Shown here: positions 30,370 through 39,618 of the stretch, piece after piece
Position numbering within the stretch: position 1 is the stretch's first letter
Layout of the letters: each line of letters opens with the position of its first letter
The notes under the pieces: model-generated
What the model was told of the DNA's origin: nothing
Database searches by the model: none
What the model saw: only the letters and a program-made list of their open reading frames with translations
Program-made: the position numbers and the translations under genes
DNA from: an uncultured virus (IMG/VR IMGVR_UViG_2724679346_000005)
Lineage: Duplodnaviria; Heunggongvirae; Uroviricota; Caudoviricetes
Strand: one strand, 5' to 3'
Virus record (IMG/VR): IMGVR_UViG_2724679346_000005
Length of the DNA: 64,000 nt

Positions 30370-30768
30370 TTAATGTGCCAAGCGTACGTTACGCAACAAT
30401 TGATCTATTATTGATATCCGTAAGCAATACACCCTTTCCTTTTCATCAAAAGGGAGCCTCGTTGATGTACGCTTAGGTGTTAAGCGCTCCGGACCTCCTT
30501 TGCAACAACGCTTATTTCTTGATTCAGAAAGCCTTATAAATTCCTCAGTAATGTTATTGAGTGTGTATGTCGTCTTGCGCCCATTACGGCGGGTTATATC
30601 AACATGAGGTGACATAACCATGCTCCGAACGCGAATTCGCAGGGTCTCAATAGGCATTTCACAATCTGGATAATTAAGGCTGATCGCTGTAGCTATCTGC
30701 CCGTAATTCATACATTTGTTTAACATTAAGCCGGCTAATTCACGGATGGTTAGTTCACGTTTTTTCAT
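30370..30768 (-). CDS. Phage hypothetical protein, possible winged HTH
   Basis: 132 aa after helicase with GAGG SD. Confidence 0.6.
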   Translation of the reverse strand: MKKRELTIRELAGLMLNKCMNYGQIATAISLNYPDCEMPIETLRIRVRSMVMSPHVDITRRNGRKTTYTLNNITEEFIRLSESRNKRCCKGGPERLTPKRTSTRLPFDEKERVYCLRISIIDQLLRNVRLAH

Positions 30769-30813
30769 GGTCTTGCCTCTTTTTGGGTTAGTTCAAGCGC
30801 TGGTCAGGCGCGA

Positions 30814-32187
30814 TTAAAATTTAGATGTTGAATAACTCTTTTCTTTGGCCGGTGGCCTTGATGCCTCTTTTGCTATTCGGCTGGCTTCCTTTGCCACCAG
30901 TTGATCCACCGGTAGAAAGTGGCCGTTTTTAAATTCCTGATAAACGGTACCAGCCTCGCCAAATCTGTTTTTAGTTACGATAGCCTCGGCAAATCTTGCA
31001 GCAGGGCTATCGGCGTTATAAACCGCCTCTCGATACAGCATGATGATGCTATCGGCGTCCTGCTCGATTGAACCGGAGTCTCTGAGATCGGAACTGATTG
31101 GCCTGCGGCTGCCCGGTGGCCGCTCATCCACTTTTCGCGATAACTGGCTAAGGGCAAAAATCGGGGTGTTTATCCGGCCAGCCAGTGTTTTTAACCCGCG
31201 TGAAATGATGCCGATCGATAGGTCATTACGCTCCGCTTTTGGCTTAGTAATCAGACCAAGATAGTCAACCATCACCATTCTCAGTTTGGGGAACCGACGT
31301 TTGTGCGTTTCCGCTATGGCCCGTATCTGATCGATGGTCAGTTCGCTGGCATCAACGATCCAAATATCACGGCCATTTAATGCCTGTAGCGCAGAGTTAA
31401 TACGCGCCCAGTCCTCATCACATAAGGTTTTAGGGTCGCGCAATTTTGACACTGGCAAATTACCGGCCCCGGCAACGGAACGCTCCACCATCTGTAGGGA
31501 TGCCATTTCCATGCTGAATATCAGCGCCCCGCCGCCGTTCTGTGTGGCCCCCTCAACAATCTTCAACGCAAACTCGGTCTTACCCATCCCCGGACGCCCG
31601 GCGATAACCACCAAGTCCTGCGGGTTAAAGCCGCCGGTTATTGCATCCAGCTCGTCAATGCCGGTGTGCAAGTTCATTGACTCAATTTCACCATTCATGC
31701 GCTTATCCAGCATGTCCATGTAGCCGGGCAACAAGTCGTTCAGATGCACAGGGATGATGCCGCCGCTATCTGCCGTCATATCAATTAGCTGTGTTACCGC
31801 GCCCTGTATCACCTGATCACGCTGTTCCTGATTGTTCGCCCCTCGGATACCGTCAGCCGCAGTCTGAAATAGCGCGGTCATGGTTCGGCTGTACCAGGTC
31901 TTACGGGCATGAGCCGCGTATCCTTTCAGGTTCGCCACGTTACCCGGCATACGGACAATTTCAGATAGCGTCGCCAGGCTACTACCGCCCAAGGCCTCAC
32001 TGACGAACAGAACATCGATCATTCCTTTGGTCAGTGCCTGCTTTTTAATTTCTGCATAGGCAGAACGATAAATCCTGATGCTAAATGCCTCTTCCGGCAG
32101 TGTGGCAATCACCTCCAGCGCATCGGGGGTTGAGCCGCCATACAGCAGGCCGGAAAGGATCGCAGCTTCTAATTCTTGAGGTTTCAT
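30814..32187 (-). CDS. DnaB-like replicative helicase
   Basis: AGRPGMGKT, SMEM, VDYL, LSQLSR and DLRDSGSIEQDAD. Confidence 0.92.
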   Translation of the reverse strand: MKPQELEAAILSGLLYGGSTPDALEVIATLPEEAFSIRIYRSAYAEIKKQALTKGMIDVLFVSEALGGSSLATLSEIVRMPGNVANLKGYAAHARKTWYSRTMTALFQTAADGIRGANNQEQRDQVIQGAVTQLIDMTADSGGIIPVHLNDLLPGYMDMLDKRMNGEIESMNLHTGIDELDAITGGFNPQDLVVIAGRPGMGKTEFALKIVEGATQNGGGALIFSMEMASLQMVERSVAGAGNLPVSKLRDPKTLCDEDWARINSALQALNGRDIWIVDASELTIDQIRAIAETHKRRFPKLRMVMVDYLGLITKPKAERNDLSIGIISRGLKTLAGRINTPIFALSQLSRKVDERPPGSRRPISSDLRDSGSIEQDADSIIMLYREAVYNADSPAARFAEAIVTKNRFGEAGTVYQEFKNGHFLPVDQLVAKEASRIAKEASRPPAKEKSYSTSKF

Positions 32188-33158
32188 AGCGCACCGTCGC
32201 GTGTTTTTCTCAACACGTCCGGTTTCATCAGATAATCAAAATTGGCGCGCCAGTGGGAACCATCATCACCACCGAAATAAAACACCGGAGCCTGTTCGCG
32301 AAACGCCTCGAAATAGCCCTGAAACGCTTCAAGGTCTTTGGTTTTGAGGTATTGGAGTAATTCGCGGATAGCGTGCTTACGGTCTTGATCGATTTCAGCC
32401 AGTGGCAAAACATCGCTGAACACACGGTTGTATGCAGCAATGACTGCATCGCAATCAATCCGCCCTGCAGACTCAGACCATGCGCGGGCATCGGCCAGAT
32501 AACCATCGAACCGATTCACGCGGCAGATATTCGCAGGCTTGGCATACTTGCCGTTACGGGGTTTCCATGTGCTGACCACCCAATGGGTCACCAACTGCAA
32601 ATCAACCAGCGCATAGGCTTTGCGCGATTTGGTTGTTGTCAGCAAGATTTCAAATGGCCCTGGGTCTTCACATCGGGTGTGAGTGAGTTGGTTGTAATAC
32701 GCCAACGCCCTTTCAGCGTCAGCGAGAATATTTTCAGTTCCCCCTTGAGGGGTAAGGGGTGTATTGGGATCTATGACTGATTCAAAAGAGTGACTGGTTC
32801 TGGGTGCAGCATTTGCACCACTAACCGGTGCACCATTTACACCAGAGGGTGCAGGAGATTCACCATAGGGTGCAGCATTTGCACCAGCGGAATTTAAGCG
32901 CAGGTGATAAACATTTGAGCGATTTAAGCCATTTTCAGATTTACGCTCTTCAATCCTAACCAGCCCATTCTTTACCAGTTTTTGGATATGATTCTGTACC
33001 GAGCGTTCGGATATTTCACACTGTTCAGCAATGTAGGGAACCGATGGCCAGCACTCGCCCTGATCGTTGGCATTGTCGGCTAATTTTATCAGTACCAATT
33101 TACGTAACGGGTTGCCGACTTTGATACTCATGGCCTTAGCCATTAGATTCATACTCAT
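32184..33158 (-). CDS. Replication initiator (O-like)
   Basis: N-terminal HTH (LADNANDQGECWPS), internal iterons, C-terminal W.A.FDYL. Confidence 0.85.
   Translation of the reverse strand: MSMNLMAKAMSIKVGNPLRKLVLIKLADNANDQGECWPSVPYIAEQCEISERSVQNHIQKLVKNGLVRIEERKSENGLNRSNVYHLRLNSAGANAAPYGESPAPSGVNGAPVSGANAAPRTSHSFESVIDPNTPLTPQGGTENILADAERALAYYNQLTHTRCEDPGPFEILLTTTKSRKAYALVDLQLVTHWVVSTWKPRNGKYAKPANICRVNRFDGYLADARAWSESAGRIDCDAVIAAYNRVFSDVLPLAEIDQDRKHAIRELLQYLKTKDLEAFQGYFEAFREQAPVFYFGGDDGSHWRANFDYLMKPDVLRKTRDGAL
32803..32885. repeat. Origin iterons inside the initiator gene
   Basis: Four 17-bp units GGTGCA-N7-CACC at 32803, 32827, 32848 and 32869; first and last identical. Confidence 0.75.
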
Positions 33159-33160
33159 AG

Positions 33161-33385
33161 TCAGATCCCCAGCGCTTCGGCTATTTGCCGACAGGCAGAC
33201 TGATAATCGTCAGCTGATAGGTTCATCAGGCGCAGGTCTGCTTTCTTCTGCTCGTACTGTTCCCACACGCTATATGCGGCCACCTGACGCCCTGCAAAAA
33301 TTAGCGCTACGTCAGCCATGCTTGCTGGTTGGCCGTTTAGCCTGAACCCATTGCACCAGGTAATTTTGTCGATAGATGTAAGCAT
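33161..33385 (-). CDS. Phage hypothetical protein
   Basis: 74 aa with GAGG SD between YdaT-like gene and initiator. Confidence 0.65.
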   Translation of the reverse strand: MLTSIDKITWCNGFRLNGQPASMADVALIFAGRQVAAYSVWEQYEQKKADLRLMNLSADDYQSACRQIAEALGI

Positions 33386-33401
33386 TGGTCTTGCCTCTGT
33401 T

Positions 33402-33866
33402 TTAGACGGTGGTCAGCCGGTGGTGTTGTGGTCTGATTGCGTGAAGTGCCGCAACAGCGCCTGATATTCTTTGTGACATGTCACAGCCATCTAATAGAAC
33501 CGCGCTAATTGCTGCGGCAAACTCTCTGCTGGCAATCGAAACCAAATAATTCACGGTCTCGCCATTCACTCTGGCCCGCCGTTCTGCCGGGAGTGCAGCT
33601 TTAAGTACCGGTGATAATTCCAAGACCTTTCGCATTGATGCTTTTGAATCCCCGCGCAGCCAGCGAAATAACTGCTGCCGGTTGTTGTTGATAGATTTCC
33701 AATCAGCGCCGCCCTGCCCGTTTTCAATGGGAGTGAGACGAACTGAACCTGTGTTGATATTGAGCAAGAAAAACATTCTGCTGATCTCGATAGCTACATG
33801 CTCCTGCCCCCGCTCTGACGCCCACGCCTGAACTTCGGCTTTAAGGGCTTTGATTTGTTGTTCCAC
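33402..33866 (-). CDS. YdaT/CII-like regulator
   Basis: NNRQQLFRWL motif; directly after cro; AGGAG SD before GTG. Confidence 0.7.
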   Translation of the reverse strand: MEQQIKALKAEVQAWASERGQEHVAIEISRMFFLLNINTGSVRLTPIENGQGGADWKSINNNRQQLFRWLRGDSKASMRKVLELSPVLKAALPAERRARVNGETVNYLVSIASREFAAAISAVLLDGCDMSQRISGAVAALHAIRPQHHRLTTV

Positions 33867-33903
33867 GTTGCGTCTCCTGTCGCCGAAAATTGATTATTGA
33901 TAA

Positions 33904-34158
33904 TCAGATTTGTGTGTGGGGTTTGGTTAGACTAATTTCAGGTTCTGGATGCGGAAATAAATCAGGTAAATCAGGGCGAACTTGATGTGCCTGTACCTCG
34001 CCATTGGTAGCTTCAACAAGGGACTTAACATTTCTCGGGGCTACTTTTGCTTTACCGCATAACCATTTTTGAACGGCCGCCTGAGTAACACCGCATGCCT
34101 CCGCTAGTCTCTTTTGAGTGCCAACAATTTGAATTGCCGTTTTAATTACATTATCCAT
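33904..34158 (-). CDS. cro: Cro/YdaS-like repressor
   Basis: HTH QKRLAEACGVTQAAVQKW and RPDLP; ATG 34158; divergent from cI. Confidence 0.85.
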   Translation of the reverse strand: MDNVIKTAIQIVGTQKRLAEACGVTQAAVQKWLCGKAKVAPRNVKSLVEATNGEVQAHQVRPDLPDLFPHPEPEISLTKPHTQI

Positions 34159-34162
34159 CTCA

Positions 34163-34258
34163 ATCACCTTTGTTGTATTTAAATGCGAATATACAACCAA
34201 AGTTGTTTTTAGGCAACAACAATAGTGATTTGACTGGGTATAACTAAGGTTGTATTTT
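34163..34258. promoter_or_regulatory. OR region: PR (minus, TTGCCT-17-TATATT), PRM (plus, TTGACT-17-TATTTT) and operators
   Basis: ACAAC-N4-GTTGT-type sites at ~34163, 34192, 34215 and 34239; the 34192 site is identical to the OL site at 36365. Confidence 0.75.
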
Positions 34259-34264
34259 GCGATG

Positions 34265-34984
34265 ATGGGAATGACACTTGCACAAAGATTAAAAGTAGCC
34301 ATGAAGGAATCTGGGCTAACTCAGGCTGCACTAGCTGAGAAGGCTGGAGTTTCACAAGCTGCTATACAAAAAATCACGTCCGGTAAAAGCCAGAGCACCA
34401 CTAAGCTACTGGAAATTTCCCGTGCGCTCCACGTCCGTCCGGAATGGCTTGGGGAGGGAGTTTTGCCTATGAAGGAATCAACTAAAACAATAAGTCACGA
34501 ATCAAGTATTCCCACAGAAAATGAATGGGGAAGTATTATCCCTTGGGATAGTAATTGCCCCATCCACGAAGACGAGGTGGAGGTGCCATTCTTACGTGAT
34601 ATTGAACTTGCTGCTGGTGATGGTAGCTTTTGTGATCAAGACTACAATGGTTTTAAACTTCGCTTTTCGAAATCTACCTTGCGGCGAGTTGGTGCTCAGC
34701 AAGAGAATGTCATTTGCTTTCCAGCCCATGGAAATAGCATGGAGCCAATTTTACCAAACGGTACGACAGTAGCTGTTGATTGTGCGAATAAAAAAATTGT
34801 CGATGGCAAAATATATGCAATCAATCAAGACGGATTAAAACGTCTTAAACTTTTATATCGCATGCCAGGAAATAAACTAAGTATTCGCAGCTTTAATAAA
34901 GCCGAGCATCCAGATGAAGATGCTGATGGAGAAACTGTAGAAATTATTGGCCGCGTGTTTTGGTGGTCAGTTCTAGATTATTGA
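34265..34984 (+). CDS. cI: CI repressor (HTH + S24 autopeptidase)
   Basis: HTH, AAG-x-G cleavage region, GNSMEP, IIGRV; start 34265 inferred from PRM spacing. Confidence 0.92.
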   Translation: MGMTLAQRLKVAMKESGLTQAALAEKAGVSQAAIQKITSGKSQSTTKLLEISRALHVRPEWLGEGVLPMKESTKTISHESSIPTENEWGSIIPWDSNCPIHEDEVEVPFLRDIELAAGDGSFCDQDYNGFKLRFSKSTLRRVGAQQENVICFPAHGNSMEPILPNGTTVAVDCANKKIVDGKIYAINQDGLKRLKLLYRMPGNKLSIRSFNKAEHPDEDADGETVEIIGRVFWWSVLDY

Positions 34985-35051
34985 TAGCTCTCACTTCTAA
35001 GTAGTCCAATGAGGGTAGGAGTATCATTCAACCTAAGAATTAAAGGAAAAT

Positions 35052-36209
35052 ATGAAGATATTCGCTGAAAAATTAAGAGCGCACTCTGATCACGTAAAAA
35101 AAGTAAGCCATCATTGTTCTACCGAAGAAACAACTAAACAGGCATTAATATTGCCAATGTTAGATATTCTTGGCTTTAACTCTTATGACCCAACAAAAGT
35201 TAAAGCAGAATATGGCGCTGATTTCCCTGGTGTTAAAGTAGGTGAGCGAGTCGACTATGCTCTATTTTGCCATGGTGTTCCTGTCATGTTTATTGAGGCC
35301 AAGGGCTATAATCAAAAACTTGATAACCATTGCCCTCAGCTTTCTAGGTATTTTAACGCGACACCTGAGGTTACTATTGCAGCCATAACCAATGGCACCC
35401 AATGGCGTTTCTTTACTGACCTTAAGCAAAGAAATATTATGGATGCCGCTCCATTCCTACAGATTGATGTAGATGAAGCATCGGACTCTGATGCTCATCA
35501 GCTATATCAATTCCGTCACGACCAGTTCCAACCGGAAGCACTTCGAACCTTAGCTGAAGAAAGCATTTATTTATCAGCATTTACTGATGTTATTAGTGAT
35601 AGCTTAAGGAATGTCGATTCTGACTTTGTCCGCTATGTTGCAAGTCGCTCTAGCGTACAACGGCAGTTGAACCAAAAGTTCCTCGATACAATTACACCAT
35701 TGGTAAAAATGGCAGTAGAGCGAGCTGTTAGTGCAATGGTTGTTTCTGGGCTATCTATGGCCTCTAACAAAGACAAAGATATTGAAGCCGCACTCGCACC
35801 TGAGCTGAAAAAAACAGATGAAACCGCACCAGTGGTCGACCCTGAAAATTCAAATATCGTTACTACACATAACGAAAGACAATTTTTTAGCAATATTCAA
35901 ATTTTACTTGGTGAACAAGCGGATATTTCAGCAAAAGACACCGCCAGTTATTACAATATTCTTTACCAAGGAAAATCAAACCGTTGGATTGTACGTTATT
36001 TTGATAGCAAACAGCGGCCGTCGATAATTTTACCAATTGAATTAGATGAAAAAGCTATCGTAGAAGTTGAGCGGGCAGGACTTGAACTAGCTCCCGGCAA
36101 TCAAATTATAATAGATCGCCCTGAGAACATTTTACGATTACCAGGGCTAATCTTGGATTCATATAATTATTGCATGGAGGATGATAATTTCAGAAACAAG
36201 AAAAAATAG
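35052..36209 (+). CDS. HsdR_N-like PD-(D/E)xK nuclease-domain protein
   Basis: EETTKQALILP, VDYAL..FIEAK, QL..YF and ITNG..WRF. Confidence 0.8.
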   Translation: MKIFAEKLRAHSDHVKKVSHHCSTEETTKQALILPMLDILGFNSYDPTKVKAEYGADFPGVKVGERVDYALFCHGVPVMFIEAKGYNQKLDNHCPQLSRYFNATPEVTIAAITNGTQWRFFTDLKQRNIMDAAPFLQIDVDEASDSDAHQLYQFRHDQFQPEALRTLAEESIYLSAFTDVISDSLRNVDSDFVRYVASRSSVQRQLNQKFLDTITPLVKMAVERAVSAMVVSGLSMASNKDKDIEAALAPELKKTDETAPVVDPENSNIVTTHNERQFFSNIQILLGEQADISAKDTASYYNILYQGKSNRWIVRYFDSKQRPSIILPIELDEKAIVEVERAGLELAPGNQIIIDRPENILRLPGLILDSYNYCMEDDNFRNKKK

Positions 36210-36364
36210 TAATCGATTTCCTGCCCCTTCTCGCTGGAGGGGCATTCCTACATCATAAACCCCCATCTAAACTCAGCCTCCATTACTTGATTAACCTCTA
36301 AAAATTCAAAAAATAACCAAATTCAAGCTAAGAAAATACAAAAAAAAACCAACACAATACAAAA

Positions 36365-36407
36365 TACAACCAAAGTTGTTGACACAAATACAACTAAAGT
36401 GTTTAAT
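36365..36407 (+). promoter_or_regulatory. PL promoter with OL operators
   Basis: TTGACA(36379)-17-TTTAAT(36402); operators TACAACCAAAGTTGT (36365) and TACAACTAAAGTGTT (36389). Confidence 0.8.
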
Positions 36408-36552
36408 TGTTTTCATCAACACGGCACAGCAGCCGATGCGAACAGGCAGGATGCCCACGAAGTAGCTGCCGGTGGCATACGAAACACCGGATGATTCGCA
36501 AGTTTAGGTTTAGTACGTTCTGGCAGCCGGGAAGACGGCACGGGGATATGTT

Positions 36553-36705
36553 ATGAAGGCAACCAAAAAGCAAGCGGGTAAATTCCAGATCCAATATCGC
36601 TACTTTGGACATTGGGCTAACGGAAATACTTACCCAACGCGCAAAGAAGCTGATGATTACGCACGTAATACTGGGCGGGATTATCAAGTAGTCAAAGTAC
36701 TGTAA
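36553..36705 (+). CDS. Small hypothetical protein, first PL gene (50 aa, not in track)
   Basis: MKATKKQAGKFQIQYRYFGHWANGNTYPTRKEADDYARNTGRDYQVVKVL; GGGGA SD. Confidence 0.55.
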   Translation: MKATKKQAGKFQIQYRYFGHWANGNTYPTRKEADDYARNTGRDYQVVKVL

Positions 36706-37017
36706 TAACAGAATTTGGGCTGTTGCACGGGAGGAGAACCCCGCGCCAAGGCTCGGCATGATTACCACTGCGCAGCAGCCCAAACCCATAACGTAGCCAC
36801 AGCGAGAAAATGTGGCGAGGCAAGACCAAAAACTGACCCGCTGGCCCGGCGTAATGGGCACCAAATTACAGATGTAAAAAAACCCACCGAAGTGGGCTTC
36901 TTTACCCCGGGTCACCGACCAAAGTTAACCGGGAAGCTAACGGGGACCAACCCGTTAACAGAGGCAAGACCAACGGCTTACGCCATCGACCTTAAAATCA
37001 GTATATCAGGAGTTGCT

Positions 37018-37353
37018 ATGACAGCACTACAGTTAACTGCCACGCTCTACATACACACCAATCCATATTCAAGAACGAAAGATGACCGCTTTATTGTCCA
37101 TGCGTGTGACATGTCACATTACTCAGAAAAGTACGTGTTACTCGAAACTCGCGAAATTACGATTACGTTTAACGAGCCCGACCCTTTTGAAATTATCAGT
37201 AAAAAGGTTGATTCACTCCGTAGTCAGAAAGAACAAATCGCGGCGGAGTCGCATCGGAGACTATCCCTTATTGATGATCAGATTCAGGCGTTGCTCTGCA
37301 TCGAGCACACCACTCCAGCGAACGTATCTGACTGTACCGAAATTCCTTTTTAA
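37018..37353 (+). CDS. Phage hypothetical protein
   Basis: AGGAG SD before ATG 37018; coiled coil ending IQALLCIEH..EIPF. Confidence 0.7.
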   Translation: MTALQLTATLYIHTNPYSRTKDDRFIVHACDMSHYSEKYVLLETREITITFNEPDPFEIISKKVDSLRSQKEQIAAESHRRLSLIDDQIQALLCIEHTTPANVSDCTEIPF

Positions 37354-37407
37354 TTAGCCATATATCAAGACCAAAAACCGTTTGAAAACCAAAGAGGCAA
37401 GACCAAC

Positions 37408-39618
37408 ATGACTGTATTTATTTGTTTATTCGAGCCGAAAAAAGCGGCTCTCAAAAATGGGGCTATACCACTGGTTATCGCGCTGGAGGCCATAAATAAG
37501 AAAATGGCATCTGCACTGGCCATTGGTAAATTGTGGGAAGCCTACCCCGCAGCCGGTGATAACTTTACTGATCCGAAAATCTGTGAGGATGCTGTCGGCC
37601 AACCGCGTGGCCGCATCGGCCAATTCGATGAGCAGTTCGCACAGGATAATACTTTTGATGGCAAAGTATGGACGCCTAATGCGGCCCCGCTGCCTAACGA
37701 GGGGGTAAGAGAGGACAATGCTACGACTCCGGTAGACTTCAACAAATTGGGTATTGGAGCCAAAGTTGGGAGCGTAATATTGTACGGTGCGCGTGACATT
37801 GATTCACATGAGCTATCACTTGTGTATGACTTAATTAATGACGACGACGCTGAACCAGAAATAAGTTCGATATACATGGCACTCACCTGTATTCCTGCAA
37901 TTGGTGCGATGTATCCGCAGTCAATTAAAAAACTTATTGATGCCATAAATAAGAAATTTCCCAAAATACCTGGGTTCAGGGATGTGCGTAACTTTGCTGA
38001 AAAATGGGTTAATGAACCCAGCAATCGTGACGAGTTAACCGGGACAAAAAAAGTTACTCATATAAATACACCTGATCTTAATTCGTCAATTAAACGTAGC
38101 TTTGAGCACACATATAAAACGCTTGATCTCGAAGTTGCTCTCGCATTGGTGCCTGCTGATTTTAACTGCTGGGAAATACACTCAGCAGAAATGAAGCAAG
38201 CAAAAGAGCTTATGGATGGTAACGACGAAGCATGGCGCAAATGGTCCACAGAATTTCGCGTTCGCAATAATGCGTTATCTATTCCACGCGAAACTATCTT
38301 TGAAGTTGTCCGTGCGGGCAAAGAGAAACCTATCTTCCTGACGGACGCCGCAGCTAGAAAAGAATTTATCTCACAGTGTCTCGCTGTCAAGGGGCCGCAA
38401 CCTGCAGTTAAAAATTTGGGTGACGGTAAGTTCTCAATTGACGGTCTAGTCGGTGGTGAACCACAACCAGCGGCAAACAGTGAAACCAAACTGGCTCTGG
38501 TTGCCAATTCTGAGCTAGAAACTGAAACAAAACCGCCAATCATTGCAACAGAACAGGAAAATCCTGCACAGGAACCTATCACTGATAATGTCGCTCAGCA
38601 GGCTAAAGAGACATTGGATCAGTTGGGCTACAGCGTTTACGCCTCAACTGATGAGAAACCAGCACAATCAGAAATAGCCGCCGAAATAACGCAGCCAACC
38701 GAAGCGGCAACAGTTGAGGTCAATACAGATACGTTCCAACAACGAGCATCCCAAATTGATAATGACATTTCGAAACTATCAAAAGCCTCTCAAGATAATT
38801 TATGTATTTGGAAATTAGTACAACGCACTGACCCGGCGAGAACAAAGCGCAAAGATACAGAAAAGAACGGCAAAATCATTCGCTCTGTGACCAGCATCAA
38901 CCCAACTTATCAAGCGATGAGAGCAACCGAAATTTTTGGGCCTTTCGGCAGTGGTTGGGGAGTGGATATTATCAGCGAAGATTTTGTACCCGGCATCCCA
39001 TTTATGGAAGCAATCCTCGACAGTAATAACCGCGAAATTGGACGTAAACCAATGCGTGACGGTGACGGAATGATCCTCCGTACATCGAACCACACCATGC
39101 GAATTGAATTGTGGTACCGCCTCGGGGAAATGCGGGGAAGGTTCACAGCATTCGGCCATACAAAACATATTTATCAAAGCACATATGGGTTTACTTGTGA
39201 TGATGAGATCAGCAAGAAAAGCCTGACCGATGCCACTACCAAGGCATTAGCACAGCTTGGTTTCAGTGCTGATGTATTCATGGGTATGTTTGATGATGCT
39301 GAATATAACGCTGATAACAGCCTCGAGTTCAGCATTATAAACGCTAGCAATAAAGCAGAGGATTCAGTCCGTTTACGCGAAGAGCTGGATGATAAATTTA
39401 AAGCCAATACCGAAACAATGCGCTCCGCTGTGACAGTAAATGAAGTCAATAAAATTTGCTCAACGTTAACTCGCGTGATGGATGCTCACATTAAAAATGC
39501 CAAGGCTATTGGTGATAAAGAATATGAGAAATATTTGACTGGCCGCTTGCGCCGGCTGAATGAAATTAAAGCTGAATGCCTGATCAAATTTGAAAATACT
39601 GCGGAGAAAACATCATGA
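37408..39618 (+). CDS. RecE-N-like region fused to a Rad52/Sak-like annealase domain
   Basis: RecE/ExoVIII-like N-terminus; C-terminal TSINPTY..ATEIFGPFGSGWG and KKSLTDATTKALAQLGFSADVFMG. Confidence 0.7.
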   Translation: MTVFICLFEPKKAALKNGAIPLVIALEAINKKMASALAIGKLWEAYPAAGDNFTDPKICEDAVGQPRGRIGQFDEQFAQDNTFDGKVWTPNAAPLPNEGVREDNATTPVDFNKLGIGAKVGSVILYGARDIDSHELSLVYDLINDDDAEPEISSIYMALTCIPAIGAMYPQSIKKLIDAINKKFPKIPGFRDVRNFAEKWVNEPSNRDELTGTKKVTHINTPDLNSSIKRSFEHTYKTLDLEVALALVPADFNCWEIHSAEMKQAKELMDGNDEAWRKWSTEFRVRNNALSIPRETIFEVVRAGKEKPIFLTDAAARKEFISQCLAVKGPQPAVKNLGDGKFSIDGLVGGEPQPAANSETKLALVANSELETETKPPIIATEQENPAQEPITDNVAQQAKETLDQLGYSVYASTDEKPAQSEIAAEITQPTEAATVEVNTDTFQQRASQIDNDISKLSKASQDNLCIWKLVQRTDPARTKRKDTEKNGKIIRSVTSINPTYQAMRATEIFGPFGSGWGVDIISEDFVPGIPFMEAILDSNNREIGRKPMRDGDGMILRTSNHTMRIELWYRLGEMRGRFTAFGHTKHIYQSTYGFTCDDEISKKSLTDATTKALAQLGFSADVFMGMFDDAEYNADNSLEFSIINASNKAEDSVRLREELDDKFKANTETMRSAVTVNEVNKICSTLTRVMDAHIKNAKAIGDKEYEKYLTGRLRRLNEIKAECLIKFENTAEKTS

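Noticed and set aside
36403..36915. 170-aa minus-strand ORF
   Set aside because: Antisense to the PL leader and the 50-aa ORF; no recognisable motifs
36715..37017. N-terminal extension of the 212-aa track ORF containing EARP twice
   Set aside because: EARP is just the translated GAGGCAAGACCA motif; the TTG start lacks an SD, the region has a terminator-like hairpin, and ATG 37018 has a good SD
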